Positions 36,969 through 48,050 are shown, counted from the stretch's first letter. The stretch is 64,000 nt of DNA from an uncultured Bacteroidales bacterium (GCA_903901975.1 CAIUTB010000003.1:31063-95062), one strand, 5' to 3'. Numbers and translations are program-made. Notes: a model not told the origin generated them from the letters alone.

Positions 36969-38195
36969 ATGGAAACATTATTTAAACGATATTTAAAAGG
37001 CGATAAAATCCTGTGGGTTGTGTTTTTGACATTGTGCATTCTTTCGATTATCGAAATGTACAGCGCTTCAAGCACGCTGGCCTACAAGTCATCTAACCAT
37101 GCAATGCCGGTAATCCGTCACGTCGGATTTCTGACCGGTGGTGTGATTATTGCTTTTATCGTTCACATGATTCCATATCGCTGGATTCGGATTGTATCGT
37201 ATCTGGGACTTGCACTTTCGGCAGTTTTGCTGGTATTTGTACTTTTTAAAGGACATAGCGAGAACGATGCAGCTCGTTGGTTGGTTATTGGTGGAGTGCA
37301 ATTTCAACCTTCAGAATTGGCCAAACTCTCGGTAATTATTGTGGCAGCCGACTTAATATCCAGAATCAGAGACAATACCAAAGACGAATGGATTTATTTC
37401 CGTAATACAATTATCATGTTGATTGCAGTTTGCGGACTTATTTTGCTCGAAAATTTCTCGACAGCAGCCATTTTGTTTATCGTGGTTTTTATTATGATGT
37501 TTATCGGTCGGATTTCGTTCAAATATCTGGGAACATTAGCAGGTGTAATATTAATTTCATTGTTGTTGGGATATGGTGCTGTGAAAGCTATTCCCGAAAC
37601 AGCAATGCCAAAAGCATTTAAGCGTGCTTATACATGGGTTGCCCGTATTGAGCGACATTCCGACAAAGGAGCAAAAGAAAATAAATATGTGATTACGGAT
37701 AAAAACCGTCAGGAAATTTATGGTCAGATTGCCATTGCAAGGGGCGGTATTTTTGGTGTTTTTCCGGGAAACAGTGTAGAACGTGATTATCTTCCGCAAG
37801 CTTATTCCGATTTTATTTATTCTATTATTGTTGAAGAAATGGGTCTGATTGGTGGTATTGGAGTAATTATTTTGTATTTAATTTTGCTTTTTCGTGCCGG
37901 GCGAATTGTTATGAATTGTTCCTCGGTTTTTCCGGCTATTCTGGTTATGGGTTTGTCGCTAATGATTGTACTTCAGACATTTATAAATATGTCAGTGGCT
38001 ACCAGTCTTATTCCGGTTACGGGGCAACCTTTGCCGCTGATTAGTAGGGGAGGTACATCCATCTTGATAACCTGTATTTATTTTGGTATCATTTTGGGAA
38101 TTACTCGCCAGATTGTTGCTGACGAACAACCAAATGATTCTTTTTTAGCTGAGGAGGCAGAACAACTTCCCGTGGTTGAGCTTGAAAGCTTGTAA
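36969..38195 (+). CDS. ftsW: SEDS-family peptidoglycan glycosyltransferase FtsW
   Basis: 408 aa, about 10 TM helices, with the motifs QPSE.AK and PLP..S.GG(T)S. Confidence 0.9.
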   Translation: METLFKRYLKGDKILWVVFLTLCILSIIEMYSASSTLAYKSSNHAMPVIRHVGFLTGGVIIAFIVHMIPYRWIRIVSYLGLALSAVLLVFVLFKGHSENDAARWLVIGGVQFQPSELAKLSVIIVAADLISRIRDNTKDEWIYFRNTIIMLIAVCGLILLENFSTAAILFIVVFIMMFIGRISFKYLGTLAGVILISLLLGYGAVKAIPETAMPKAFKRAYTWVARIERHSDKGAKENKYVITDKNRQEIYGQIAIARGGIFGVFPGNSVERDYLPQAYSDFIYSIIVEEMGLIGGIGVIILYLILLFRAGRIVMNCSSVFPAILVMGLSLMIVLQTFINMSVATSLIPVTGQPLPLISRGGTSILITCIYFGIILGITRQIVADEQPNDSFLAEEAEQLPVVELESL

Positions 38196-38246
38196 TTCAT
38201 TTTAAATTGTGTAAATTTGCGAGTTAAGTCAGAAAAATAAGAAGTT

Positions 38247-39344
38247 ATGAAGCATAAATTTTTAATCAGTGGAGGCGGTACTGGAGGACATATTTTTCCT
38301 GCTATCAGCATTGCCAATGCGTTGAAAAAGCAAGTTCCGGATGCCGAAATTCTCTTTGTTGGAGCTCTAGGACGAATGGAGATGGAACGCGTTCCTGCTG
38401 CAGGTTATCCCATTGAGGGTTTGCCTGTAAGTGGTTTGGATCGTAAAAATATGCTTCGCAATATCAACGTTTTGTGGAATTTAGGTCGAAGTCTGCTATT
38501 AGCACGGAAAATTATTAAGCGATTTAAACCGGATGTGGCTATTGGTGTTGGTGGTTATGCCAGTGCACCTACGCTTCGGGCTGCATCGGCTTTTGGAGTG
38601 CCAACGGTTTTACAGGAACAAAATTCGTATGCAGGAGTAACCAATAAATTACTTGCAAAGAAAGCTAAACGGATTTGCGTGGCATACGAAGGAATGGAAA
38701 AGTTTTTCCCAAAAGAAAAAATAGTCCTAACCGGAAATCCTGTTCGACAGGACTTATTTTCAATTGCACCTAAAACGAGTGAAGCTTATAATTTCTTCAA
38801 TTTAGACCCCAAAAAGAAAACCATCTTAGTTGTTGGAGGAAGTTTGGGAGCGCGAACTATCAATCAAAGCATAATAGCAGGTTTGAATAAATTGGCAAAA
38901 TCTGATGATGTTCAGGTAATCTGGCAAACCGGTAAATTTTATATTAAAGATGCCCGTAAAGCTACTGAATGTCATACAACCATCGGTTTATTGGTTACTG
39001 ATTTTGTCTCACGTATGGATTTGGCATATTCCATTGCCGATTTGGTGGTTTCCCGTGCAGGAGCAAGTTCCATTTCAGAACTGTGTTTGCTCGCAAAACC
39101 GGTCATTTTGGTTCCTTCGCCTAATGTGGCTGAAGATCATCAGACACAAAATGCACTGGCTTTGGTGCGTAAGGATGCAGCAGTAATGATAAAAGATGTT
39201 GATGCCAAAGAACAATTGGTTGATAAAGCACTCGAATTGATTAATAATGAGGCGGAACTGAAGAAGTTGAGTGATAATATTCTGAAAATGGCTGAAAAGG
39301 ATTCAGCTGACAGAATTGCAAATGAAATATTAAAACTAATTTGA
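38247..39344 (+). CDS. murG: undecaprenyldiphospho-muramoylpentapeptide beta-N-acetylglucosaminyltransferase
   Basis: 365 aa with the motifs SGGGTGGHIFPA, GG(Y)AS.P and SRAGASS..E. Confidence 0.95.
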   Translation: MKHKFLISGGGTGGHIFPAISIANALKKQVPDAEILFVGALGRMEMERVPAAGYPIEGLPVSGLDRKNMLRNINVLWNLGRSLLLARKIIKRFKPDVAIGVGGYASAPTLRAASAFGVPTVLQEQNSYAGVTNKLLAKKAKRICVAYEGMEKFFPKEKIVLTGNPVRQDLFSIAPKTSEAYNFFNLDPKKKTILVVGGSLGARTINQSIIAGLNKLAKSDDVQVIWQTGKFYIKDARKATECHTTIGLLVTDFVSRMDLAYSIADLVVSRAGASSISELCLLAKPVILVPSPNVAEDHQTQNALALVRKDAAVMIKDVDAKEQLVDKALELINNEAELKKLSDNILKMAEKDSADRIANEILKLI

Positions 39345-39416
39345 TAATTTCCAATTTCAACCAATGGATAATTGATTGAAAATAATTGCTAATTGAAAAT
39401 TGGAAATTGAATAAAA

Positions 39417-40787
39417 ATGAACAAGTTTACACAATATTATTTTTTGGGAATTGGCGGCATTGGGATGAGCGCATTGGCACGGTATTTCTATACCAAAGGC
39501 TTTCGCGTGGCGGGTTACGACCGAACCGAAACCAAACTTACTTCCGATTTGCAAGCAGAAGGAATTGCAGTTTGTTTTGACGAGGCCGTAAATCAAATTC
39601 CGACAAGATATACCAAACCTGAAAATACACTGGTTGTAATTACACCCGCCATTCCACAAGATCATCCACAACTAAGATACTTTCAGGAGAATAATTTTAC
39701 GATACAAAAGCGCGCTCAGGTATTAGGCAATATTACCCGCCAGAGCAAGGGTATTTGCATAGCCGGAACGCATGGAAAAACAACTACTTCCACCATTACA
39801 GCCCATTTATTGTATCAATCGCAGGTTTCTTGTAATGCGTTTTTAGGCGGTATTGCCAATAATTATAACAGTAATTTGTTGCTTTCATCTGAGAGTAATT
39901 TGGTGGTAATCGAGGCCGATGAGTACGACCGTTCATTTCATCAACTTTCGCCATATATGGCTGTAATCACCTCAGCCGATCCGGATCATTTGGATATTTA
40001 CGAAACAGCCGATGCTTTTCGTGAAAGTTTTGAGCATTTCACTTCGCTGATTCGTGCAGGTGGTGCTTTGATTATGCGAAAAAGGATTGATGTTACACCT
40101 AAATTGCAGAAAGGAGTAAAACTTTATACCTATTCAATGGACGAAGGGGGAGATTTTTGTGCTGAAAATATCCGAACAGAAAAAGCTGAAATACGATTTG
40201 ATTTTGTAACACCAACTGACCGGATTAACGATGTTCGACTTGGAGTTCCTGTTCGTATTAATGTGGAAAATAGTGTGGCAGCAATGGCATTAGCCTGGTT
40301 GAATGGAGTGTCAAGTGATGAGATTCGCACGGGAATATCTTCTTTTTCAGGGATTTATCGCCGGTTTAATGTAGTTTATAAAACGGATAAATTGGTTTTT
40401 ATGGACGATTATGCTCATCACCCCAGTGAGTTGAAGGCTAGTATTTCCTCCATACGAAATTTGTATCCCAATCGGAAAATTACAGGTATTTTCCAACCTC
40501 ATTTATATTCAAGAACCCGTGACTTTGCACCGGCTTTTGCTGAAGCATTGTCGGAATTGGATGACTTGATTTTACTAGACATTTATCCAGCACGTGAATT
40601 GCCGATTGAAGGTGTAGATTCTGAGCTTATTTTACGTGATGTTAAACTAAAAAACAAAACTTTGTGCTCAAAGGAAAATCTATTACCTTTGCTGAAAGAA
40701 AAGAACTTAGATGTGTTGGTTACATTTGGTGCAGGCGATATTGATAAACTTGTGCCGTTGATTAAAGAACAGCTTAGATCAAGATGA
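39417..40787 (+). CDS. murC: UDP-N-acetylmuramate--L-alanine ligase
   Basis: 456 aa with the motifs GIGGIGMSALA and AGTHGKTTT. Confidence 0.95.
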   Translation: MNKFTQYYFLGIGGIGMSALARYFYTKGFRVAGYDRTETKLTSDLQAEGIAVCFDEAVNQIPTRYTKPENTLVVITPAIPQDHPQLRYFQENNFTIQKRAQVLGNITRQSKGICIAGTHGKTTTSTITAHLLYQSQVSCNAFLGGIANNYNSNLLLSSESNLVVIEADEYDRSFHQLSPYMAVITSADPDHLDIYETADAFRESFEHFTSLIRAGGALIMRKRIDVTPKLQKGVKLYTYSMDEGGDFCAENIRTEKAEIRFDFVTPTDRINDVRLGVPVRINVENSVAAMALAWLNGVSSDEIRTGISSFSGIYRRFNVVYKTDKLVFMDDYAHHPSELKASISSIRNLYPNRKITGIFQPHLYSRTRDFAPAFAEALSELDDLILLDIYPARELPIEGVDSELILRDVKLKNKTLCSKENLLPLLKEKNLDVLVTFGAGDIDKLVPLIKEQLRSR

Positions 40788-41611
40788 AACCGGTCTGGAA
40801 ATACATATTGATTTCATTCTTTAGCCTCGTGCTACTGGGATATATTGGGTTCTCAATCTGGTATTTTTCGGGTAGAAATCAGGAGAAAGTTTGCGGACAA
40901 GTGGTTGTCGTATTAGATAAAAGTTTGGGTTCTCAATTGATTACTGAGAAGGAGGTTGTTCAGATTCTGGAAGATAAAGAACTGAATCCAATCGGTAAAA
41001 CGGTGAAACATATACAGACCGAAGCGATTGAACAGTTATTGAGAAAAAACTCAATGATAAAAAGTGCTGAGTGTTATAAGTTAGCATCAGGACGGTTTGA
41101 TATAATCATACAACAAAGGGAACCGAAATTCAGAGTAGTAGGCTTAGGCAGCTATTATATTGATGCTGATAGAAAACCAATGCCAGTTTCACCGAATTTT
41201 GCGGCTTATGTACCGGTCGTTTCAGGTCATGTAACGATTTCGATGGTTAGCGGAAAAATGTATGATTTTGTGCTATTCTTGAAAGAAAACCCGTTTTGGA
41301 ATGCACAAATTGAACAGATTTATGTTCGCGAAGATCAGAAAATTGAACTTGTTCCGAGGGTTGGTGATGCAATCATTTTGTTGGGAACACTTGATAATTA
41401 TCAGAAGAAGCTCGAAAAACTGCGTAAATTGTATGCTAATGGCTTTAATGTTATAGGTTGGAATAAATATAAAGTGATAGATTTGCAGTATAAAGATCAG
41501 GTGGTTTGTAATAAAAAGGAAAATTTATATTTACCGCTTAGAGTTATAGTTGACTCATTGAAAAGGGTAGACAAGTTGAAAAAAGATAGTTTAATTGCCA
41601 AAAAAATATGA
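40784..41611 (+). CDS. ftsQ: cell-division protein FtsQ
   Basis: 275 aa with an N-terminal TM helix followed by a POTRA-like domain. It sits between murC and ftsA with 4-nt overlaps on both sides. Confidence 0.75.
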   Translation: MKPVWKYILISFFSLVLLGYIGFSIWYFSGRNQEKVCGQVVVVLDKSLGSQLITEKEVVQILEDKELNPIGKTVKHIQTEAIEQLLRKNSMIKSAECYKLASGRFDIIIQQREPKFRVVGLGSYYIDADRKPMPVSPNFAAYVPVVSGHVTISMVSGKMYDFVLFLKENPFWNAQIEQIYVREDQKIELVPRVGDAIILLGTLDNYQKKLEKLRKLYANGFNVIGWNKYKVIDLQYKDQVVCNKKENLYLPLRVIVDSLKRVDKLKKDSLIAKKI

Positions 41612-42876
41612 TTTCAAATAAAGTTGTTGCAGTAGATTTTGGAAGCACGCGTATTTCGGTTATGGCAGCCGAAGTTCTCGAAAGCGGAGCTGTGAAAGTG
41701 TTTTCGGAGGAATCAAAACCATCGGATGAAGTGAAATGGGGAATTGTAGAGAAACCTACCGGTGCATCATTTAAAGTGAGTGAATTACTTAAATTACTCA
41801 CTAACAGTTCCAAGATAGGGAGTATTAGTTTGGTTTCGGTTGCTGTCGGAGCAAAAAGTATGAGAATAATTCCGGTAACTGTTAGTCGCTCATTGGGGAA
41901 ACTTTATGAGATTACCGATGAATTATTGCTTGATTTGCTCGACGAATGTAAAAAAAATACAGTCTTATCCAATCTAACATTGTATGAGCTTATTCCAGTG
42001 TCCTATATCATTGATGGAAAACAGATGGATGATCCGGTTGGACAAACTGCTAAACAAATTAGTGCATCTTACAATGTTGTTGTTGGAAATTCAGTTATCA
42101 AGACCGAATTAGAGCGTTGTTTCGATAGGACAGGTGTTTTGATGGAGTATAATCCCTTAGCAATTGAGGCTTTGTCCACTGTAGTTCTCGAGGATAACGA
42201 TAGGGAAGTTGGATGCGCTTTAATTAATCTCGGAGCAACTACTACTACATTGGCAGTATATCACGATGGTATTTTGAAAAATTACATTGTGGTGCCACTT
42301 GGTGCAAACAATATTACAAAAGATATTCAGGAGTTGGGAATTAATGAAACCAATGCTGAGAAACTCAAATGTCTGAAAGGTTTTGCTATGGATTCATTGG
42401 TTGAAGAACCGGTTTATATTCAGGTGGCTGCTGCTGAGGAAGGAGCAAAGCCGGTTAATATTTCAACCAAGTTTTTGGCAACAATAATCGAGGCACGTCT
42501 GGAAGAAATTCTACAACCTGTTTTCGACAGTATTTCAAATCTCTCGTTCACCCTGGAAGCCGGTATTGTGATAACAGGCGGTGGCGCTAAATTAAACAGT
42601 ATAATTGAATTTATTGTTGAAAGAACCGGAATAAATGTACGTCTTGGTGATCATTCAGACTGGTTGTCGGATGATACGGATAAGAAATTCAACGATCCAA
42701 GATTTGCTCAACTAATTGGCACCATCTTGTTAACACATGATAATCGGGTTGAACATCCGGAAGTAGAAATAATTTTGGAAGAAAAAAAGAGAGATAAGAA
42801 ACTTCCCGGTAATGGTTTGATTACTAAACTGACCAAAAGATATACAGATTATTTTAGTGGCGAAATTCCATTTTAA
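41608..42876 (+). CDS. ftsA: cell-division protein FtsA
   Basis: 422 aa, actin-like ATPase, with the motifs VAVDFGST, LINLGATTT and ITGGGAKL. Confidence 0.9.
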   Translation: MISNKVVAVDFGSTRISVMAAEVLESGAVKVFSEESKPSDEVKWGIVEKPTGASFKVSELLKLLTNSSKIGSISLVSVAVGAKSMRIIPVTVSRSLGKLYEITDELLLDLLDECKKNTVLSNLTLYELIPVSYIIDGKQMDDPVGQTAKQISASYNVVVGNSVIKTELERCFDRTGVLMEYNPLAIEALSTVVLEDNDREVGCALINLGATTTTLAVYHDGILKNYIVVPLGANNITKDIQELGINETNAEKLKCLKGFAMDSLVEEPVYIQVAAAEEGAKPVNISTKFLATIIEARLEEILQPVFDSISNLSFTLEAGIVITGGGAKLNSIIEFIVERTGINVRLGDHSDWLSDDTDKKFNDPRFAQLIGTILLTHDNRVEHPEVEIILEEKKRDKKLPGNGLITKLTKRYTDYFSGEIPF

Positions 42877-42944
42877 AAATCAATAGAATTACAATAATAC
42901 TGCATGTCAACTATAAGAAATAATTTCGAATAATAAATAAAAAT

Positions 42945-44306
42945 ATGGGATATTTAGACGAAAGTTTGCCATTGGAATTGCCGCTTGTCGACAGTTCAAT
43001 TATTAAAGTGATTGGTGTAGGCGGTGGTGGCGGAAATGCTGTAAATCACATGTATCGACAAGGAATCACCGATGTATCCTTTGTCGTTTGTAACACCGAT
43101 AATCAGGCCTTGCGGAAATCGCCGGTGCCAATCAAGATACAACTTGGAGCTGATACAACTGAAGGGCTCGGTGCCGGTGGAAAGCCTGAAGTCGCTAAAT
43201 TGGCAGCAGAAGAATCAATAGAAAAGATTCAGGAGCTACTCAAGGATAATACTAAAATGGTTTTTATCACTGCCGGAATGGGCGGTGGTACCGGAACTGG
43301 AGCTTCACCTGTGGTGGCTAAGGCAGCTCACGATTTGGGAATTCTCACCGTTGGTATTGTGACTATTCCATTTGCTTTCGAAGGAAATATGAAAATTCGA
43401 CAGGCATTGGAAGGCGTTGCAGCTTTAAGCGAACATGTTGATGCTATTCTGGTGATAAACAACGAAAAATTGAAACAAATCTATCCCGATTTGGAACTTT
43501 CCAACGCATTCGCCAAAGCAGATGATGTGTTAACCAATGCAGCCAAAGCTATTGCCGAAATAATTACTGTTCCGGGCTATATAAATACTGACTTTGCTGA
43601 TGTGTACAGCATTATGAAAGATGGTCATGTTGCCATTATGAATACTGGTTATGCGTCAGGCGAAAACCGAATCACTAAAGCTATTGAAGATGCATTGAAT
43701 TCACCGTTGCTGAATACCAGCGATGTGAGTGGTGCAAGCAAAATCCTGTTGAGTTTGTATTGTTCCAACAGCGACCAGATTCGTATGGAAGAAGTGGAGC
43801 AAATTCACGAATTTATGTCTAAAGTAGGTCCAAATGTACAAGTTATATGGGGTGCCAGTTTTGATGAGGAATTGAAAGAAAAAGTGAAAATTACCTTGAT
43901 TGCAACCGGTTTTGAAGTGAGTGATATTCCCGGAATGCCGCTTGCTATTGCAAAAGCTCATCCACATAAACCAACTTTGATAAATAGTGAACCATCAGGA
44001 TTCTTTAATTTTGGCAAAAAAGATAAAAAAGATGATGAAACTGAAACAGAATCAGATGATGAAGAACAGGAAGCGCTAAAACCTGACATAGACAAAACGT
44101 TTAATGAATATTACGTGAACTCGCTTCATTCAGAACCTGAAAAAGTTCCGGAACAAGAACCAGAACTTTTTGTTGAACCTGTAGTTGAGACAGAACTGGA
44201 ACCAGAATTAGAATATCCAGTTATTAATCTGGATGATTTGGATGATGAATCTACCTTGAAAAAAGTGGTTAATATTCCTGCTTGGAAGAGAAGGTTGATG
44301 AAGTAA
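42945..44306 (+). CDS. ftsZ: cell-division GTPase FtsZ
   Basis: 453 aa. It has the tubulin signature GGGTGTGA and N.D.Q.L, a long acidic linker and the conserved C-terminal peptide IPAWKRR. Confidence 0.97.
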   Translation: MGYLDESLPLELPLVDSSIIKVIGVGGGGGNAVNHMYRQGITDVSFVVCNTDNQALRKSPVPIKIQLGADTTEGLGAGGKPEVAKLAAEESIEKIQELLKDNTKMVFITAGMGGGTGTGASPVVAKAAHDLGILTVGIVTIPFAFEGNMKIRQALEGVAALSEHVDAILVINNEKLKQIYPDLELSNAFAKADDVLTNAAKAIAEIITVPGYINTDFADVYSIMKDGHVAIMNTGYASGENRITKAIEDALNSPLLNTSDVSGASKILLSLYCSNSDQIRMEEVEQIHEFMSKVGPNVQVIWGASFDEELKEKVKITLIATGFEVSDIPGMPLAIAKAHPHKPTLINSEPSGFFNFGKKDKKDDETETESDDEEQEALKPDIDKTFNEYYVNSLHSEPEKVPEQEPELFVEPVVETELEPELEYPVINLDDLDDESTLKKVVNIPAWKRRLMK

Positions 44307-44358
44307 GAAGTCGGTAGTAAACAGTCGGCAGAAAAGATAAATACTTAATAAACGAACA

Positions 44359-44814
44359 ATGAACGAATTATTTGATAAAGTCAGTGGCGATATAAAAACT
44401 GCCATGTTAGCCCGTGATAAAGTGGCTTTAGAAGCCTTGCGCGGTATGAAAAAAGAATTTTTAGAAGCTAAAACTGCCAAAGGAAGCGATGGTAACCTTT
44501 CCGACGAAGTAGCTGTGAAGATTATTCAGAAAATGCTGAAACAACGCAAGGAATCGGCTCAGATTTACACCGAACAAAACCGGCCGGAGCTGGCTTCAAC
44601 TGAATTGGCAGAGGCTGCCGTTATTGAAAAATACCTACCAGCCCAAATGTCAGATACTGACCTTGAAGCTGCTGTTGCAGCAATAATTGTTCAGGTTGGA
44701 GCTACCGGTCCCCAAGATATGGGAAAAGTGATGGGAGTTGCAAGCAAACAACTTGCCGGTAAAACTGAAGGCCGGTTGATTTCTGAAAAAGTAAAAGTAT
44801 TGTTGGCTAAATAA
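44359..44814 (+). CDS. GatB/YqeY domain protein
   Basis: 151 aa. The motif ...MLARDK..L.ALR..K... is typical of YqeY. Confidence 0.85.
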   Translation: MNELFDKVSGDIKTAMLARDKVALEALRGMKKEFLEAKTAKGSDGNLSDEVAVKIIQKMLKQRKESAQIYTEQNRPELASTELAEAAVIEKYLPAQMSDTDLEAAVAAIIVQVGATGPQDMGKVMGVASKQLAGKTEGRLISEKVKVLLAK

Positions 44815-44833
44815 ACTTTTGGTTGCTTAAGAA

Positions 44834-44876
44834 AATAAACTCCCGCACTTCAATAGAAATGCGGGAGTTTATTTTT
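44834..44876. terminator. bidirectional intrinsic terminator
   Basis: AAATAAACTCCCGCA-loop-TGCGGGAGTTTATTT(TT) lies between convergent genes. Confidence 0.8.
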
Positions 44877-45938
44877 CTATTGTTTCATAATTTCCTGTTG
44901 GTGTCTCACCGATTCTTCGTGAATTGCGACTAAAACATTTTTCATAAACTCTCTATCCATCCCCATTTTTTCGGCTTGTGTAATACGATTTTTCAGAATT
45001 TCATCATAGCGTTGTTCCTGTAGAATAGGCATGTTGTGTTCTTTTTTATAGGTGCCTATTTCTTCGGAAACGCGCATACGGCGTGCCAGTAATTCAAGTA
45101 AACTGTTATCGAGTTCGTCAATTTGTCGACGTAACGCTGTCAGATTTTCAGTTGTTTGCGTCATGTCACGGATAACGAGTGTGCTGAGAATTAAGTCAAG
45201 GACTTCAGGAGTTACCTGTTGAGCTGCATCGCTCCATGCTTTTTCAGGATTACAATGAGATTCAATAATCAATCCATCGAAATTCAAATCCATAGCTTGC
45301 TGACAAAGTGGTGCAATCAATTCTCGTTTTCCACCAATGTGACTTGGATCACAAATTAAAGGTAGGTTCGGAATCTGGCGTTTCAGTTCAATTGGAATAT
45401 GCCATTGTGGGAGATTCCGGTATATCTTTTTGTCGAAGGTACTGAAACCACGATGAATAGCCGCAATACGACGAATACCTGCATTGTGAATACGCTCAAT
45501 AGCTCCTATCCATAAATCTAGATCCGGATTTACCGGGTTTTTTACAAACACAGGAATATCAACGCCTTCTAACGCATCAGCTATTTCTTGTACTGCAAAA
45601 GGATTTGCAGATGTACGTGCGCCAACCCACAGAATATCAACGCCGTGTGCTAAACATTCACGAACGTGAACAGCTGTGGCCACTTCTACCGCAGTATACA
45701 TCCCCAATTCATTATGTACACGTTTCAGCCAAGGTAAACCGATAACACCTATTCCTTCGAAACCACCAGGTTTGGTACGTGGTTTCCATATTCCGGCACG
45801 GAAGATTTTCACCCCACGAGCATGAAGTCGGCGGGCTGTTTCCATAACTTGTTCTTCGGTTTCTGCACTACAAGGTCCGGCTATTATGAGTGGACGCTTG
45901 GCGTCAACACCGGGTAGTAAAATTGATTCGAGTTCCAT
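44877..45938 (-). CDS. bifunctional 3-deoxy-7-phosphoheptulonate (DAHP) synthase (type I-beta) / chorismate mutase
   Basis: 353 aa. The N-terminal part is a KDO8P/DAHP-synthase-like barrel (LIIAGPCS.E, CDPSH). The C-terminal roughly 90 aa form an AroQ chorismate mutase (LR..ID..D..LL.LL..R). Confidence 0.9.
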   Translation of the reverse strand: MELESILLPGVDAKRPLIIAGPCSAETEEQVMETARRLHARGVKIFRAGIWKPRTKPGGFEGIGVIGLPWLKRVHNELGMYTAVEVATAVHVRECLAHGVDILWVGARTSANPFAVQEIADALEGVDIPVFVKNPVNPDLDLWIGAIERIHNAGIRRIAAIHRGFSTFDKKIYRNLPQWHIPIELKRQIPNLPLICDPSHIGGKRELIAPLCQQAMDLNFDGLIIESHCNPEKAWSDAAQQVTPEVLDLILSTLVIRDMTQTTENLTALRRQIDELDNSLLELLARRMRVSEEIGTYKKEHNMPILQEQRYDEILKNRITQAEKMGMDREFMKNVLVAIHEESVRHQQEIMKQ

Positions 45939-45994
45939 GTTTTATTTACTATTTGTTCATTTACTATTTAATAATCAATTAAATGGTCAACAAA

Positions 45995-47161
45995 TCAACC
46001 AATTAACTTTTTTATTCTATTGAGTGCTTCACACAACATTTTATCATTGGCACAAAGTGAAATTCGAATGTAACTGTTTCCTTTGTCACCGAAAATAAAT
46101 CCCGGAGTGATAAATACCTTGGCTTCGTAAAGCACTTTGTCTGCGAGTTCACCACTATCGGCGTACTCTGCCGGAATTTTCCCCCAAAGGAACATTCCCA
46201 CCTGTGTTTCGTCATATGTACAGCCGAGTGTTTTCATTATTTCTTCAGCCAAATGACGACGGTTACGATACAATTCAATGTTCATTTCGCGGTGCCATGC
46301 TTCGGAATTGTTGAGAGCTGCAATGGCAGCAACCTGCATAGGCTTGAACTGTCCACTATCAATATTACTTTTTACCTTGAGTACCCATTCCACAAATTGT
46401 GGATTCGAAGCAAGCATACCCATACGCCAACCCGGCATATTGTGAGATTTGCTCATGGAATTCAACTCAATACAAATATCTTTTGCACCTTCCACCTGAA
46501 GAATGCTGAGCCGGTTGTCATTCAGGATAAAGCTATACGGATTGTCATTACAAATCACAATGCTGTGTTTCTTACCGAAAGCCACCAATTTTTCAAACAA
46601 TACAGGAGTGGCACTTGCTCCGGTTGGCATATTCGGATAGTTTACCCACATCAATTTAACGCCTGTCAAATCCATTTGTTCAAGTGCATCGAAATCAGGT
46701 TGCCAATTGTTGTCTTCATCCAAATCATAAGTCACCACCTTGGCTTGAACCAGATTACTAACCGACGAATAGGTAGGATAGCCGGGATTTGGAACTAACA
46801 CGCCATCTCCCTGATTCAGAAATGCCAGTGAAATATGTAAAATTCCTTCTTTTGAACCAATTAACGGTTGAATTTCGTTTACCGGATTCAATCCAACATT
46901 GAACCATTTTTTATACCAATCAGCCAAGGCTTTACGCAATTCGGGAATTCCTACATAAGGCTGATAACCATGCGTATTGGCTTCGACAGCTGATTTTGTC
47001 AGAGCATCAACCGTTTCTTTCGATGGTGGTAGGTCGGGGCTACCAACGCCAAGGCTGATAACATTCATTCCCTTTGCATTCATCTCCGCCACTTCTTTCA
47101 GTTTCTTTGAAAAATAGTATTCAGAAACAGAATTTAATCTCTCTGCAGGTTTAATAGTCAT
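45995..47161 (-). CDS. class I/II PLP-dependent aminotransferase (probable aromatic/prephenate aminotransferase by context)
   Basis: 388 aa with the motifs NP.NPTG and SKS. The N.PGWR-type lysine region (SMSKSHNMPGWRMG) is present. It lies between pheA and the DAHP synthase gene. Confidence 0.85.
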   Translation of the reverse strand: MTIKPAERLNSVSEYYFSKKLKEVAEMNAKGMNVISLGVGSPDLPPSKETVDALTKSAVEANTHGYQPYVGIPELRKALADWYKKWFNVGLNPVNEIQPLIGSKEGILHISLAFLNQGDGVLVPNPGYPTYSSVSNLVQAKVVTYDLDEDNNWQPDFDALEQMDLTGVKLMWVNYPNMPTGASATPVLFEKLVAFGKKHSIVICNDNPYSFILNDNRLSILQVEGAKDICIELNSMSKSHNMPGWRMGMLASNPQFVEWVLKVKSNIDSGQFKPMQVAAIAALNNSEAWHREMNIELYRNRRHLAEEIMKTLGCTYDETQVGMFLWGKIPAEYADSGELADKVLYEAKVFITPGFIFGDKGNSYIRISLCANDKMLCEALNRIKKLIG

Positions 47162-47204
47162 TTTGTTTATTCTTTCTTTTTACTGATAACTGCTTACTGC
47201 CAAT

Positions 47205-48050
47205 TTATTCTCCCGGTGTTATTCCTTCCGGATATTCTCCCAGGGTTTTTAATTCGTTGATTAAAGGCTTAATAGCCACCAGAGATTGTTTGTATCGTTC
47301 GAGGTCGTCAAATTTAAAATCAACATAGAACTGATACTCCCATTCACGACCTATAATTGGCAACGATTGAATTTTTGTCAGATTGATGCCGTAGAATGAG
47401 AATACCGACAAAACTTTCGAAAGACTTCCTTCGGAGTGGGGCAAGGTGAAAACAACAGATGCTTTATTTATTGCATCATCTTTCTGAATTTCTTCCACTA
47501 CCCACGGGTTTCCAAATATCAGAAAGCGCGTGAAATTTCGTTTGTTCGTTTCAATTCCACGTGCCAGAATGTTCAGTCCGTAAATCTCGGCAGCCCGTTC
47601 ACTGCAAATAGCTGCATTTCCAATCAAATTGTGCTGTTGAATGTCTCGCGCAGCTAATGCAGTATCTTCATGCTCCACCACTTTTACTCCAGGCAAAGTA
47701 CCCAAAAAATCACCACACTGCATCAGCGCTATTGGATGTGATTGGACTTCTTTAATGTCGTGAATTGTTTGTCCGGGTAATGCCGCCAAACAATGAGAAA
47801 TCCGCAGTTTGAATTCACCGGCAATAGGCAACTTATGTTCTTTAAGCAATTCGTAGTTTGGTAATAGACTTCCCGCAATAGTGTTTTCGATAGCCATAAT
47901 TCCTACTACATTCGAGTCTTTTTTAATAGCTGAAAATATATCACGAAAAGTGATACAGGGAATGATTTGTACATCCTCATCCCTGAAGAAAATCTCAGCT
48001 GCAATGCCGTGATAGGCGCCCAAACCTCCCTGAATAGCTACTCGTTTCAT
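47205..48050 (-). CDS. pheA: prephenate dehydratase (with C-terminal ACT domain)
   Basis: 281 aa. It has a PDT domain (VAIQG..GAY...A, TRF.IF motif as NFTRFLIFG) and an ACT domain with ESRP-like region replaced by LTKIQSLP. Confidence 0.9.
   Translation of the reverse strand: MKRVAIQGGLGAYHGIAAEIFFRDEDVQIIPCITFRDIFSAIKKDSNVVGIMAIENTIAGSLLPNYELLKEHKLPIAGEFKLRISHCLAALPGQTIHDIKEVQSHPIALMQCGDFLGTLPGVKVVEHEDTALAARDIQQHNLIGNAAICSERAAEIYGLNILARGIETNKRNFTRFLIFGNPWVVEEIQKDDAINKASVVFTLPHSEGSLSKVLSVFSFYGINLTKIQSLPIIGREWEYQFYVDFKFDDLERYKQSLVAIKPLINELKTLGEYPEGITPGE

Noticed and set aside
28803-44306. Absence of murF, ddl and murB from the dcw cluster as an anomaly
   Set aside because: This gene order (mraZ to ftsZ without murF/ddl) is the usual Bacteroidota arrangement and is not unusual.
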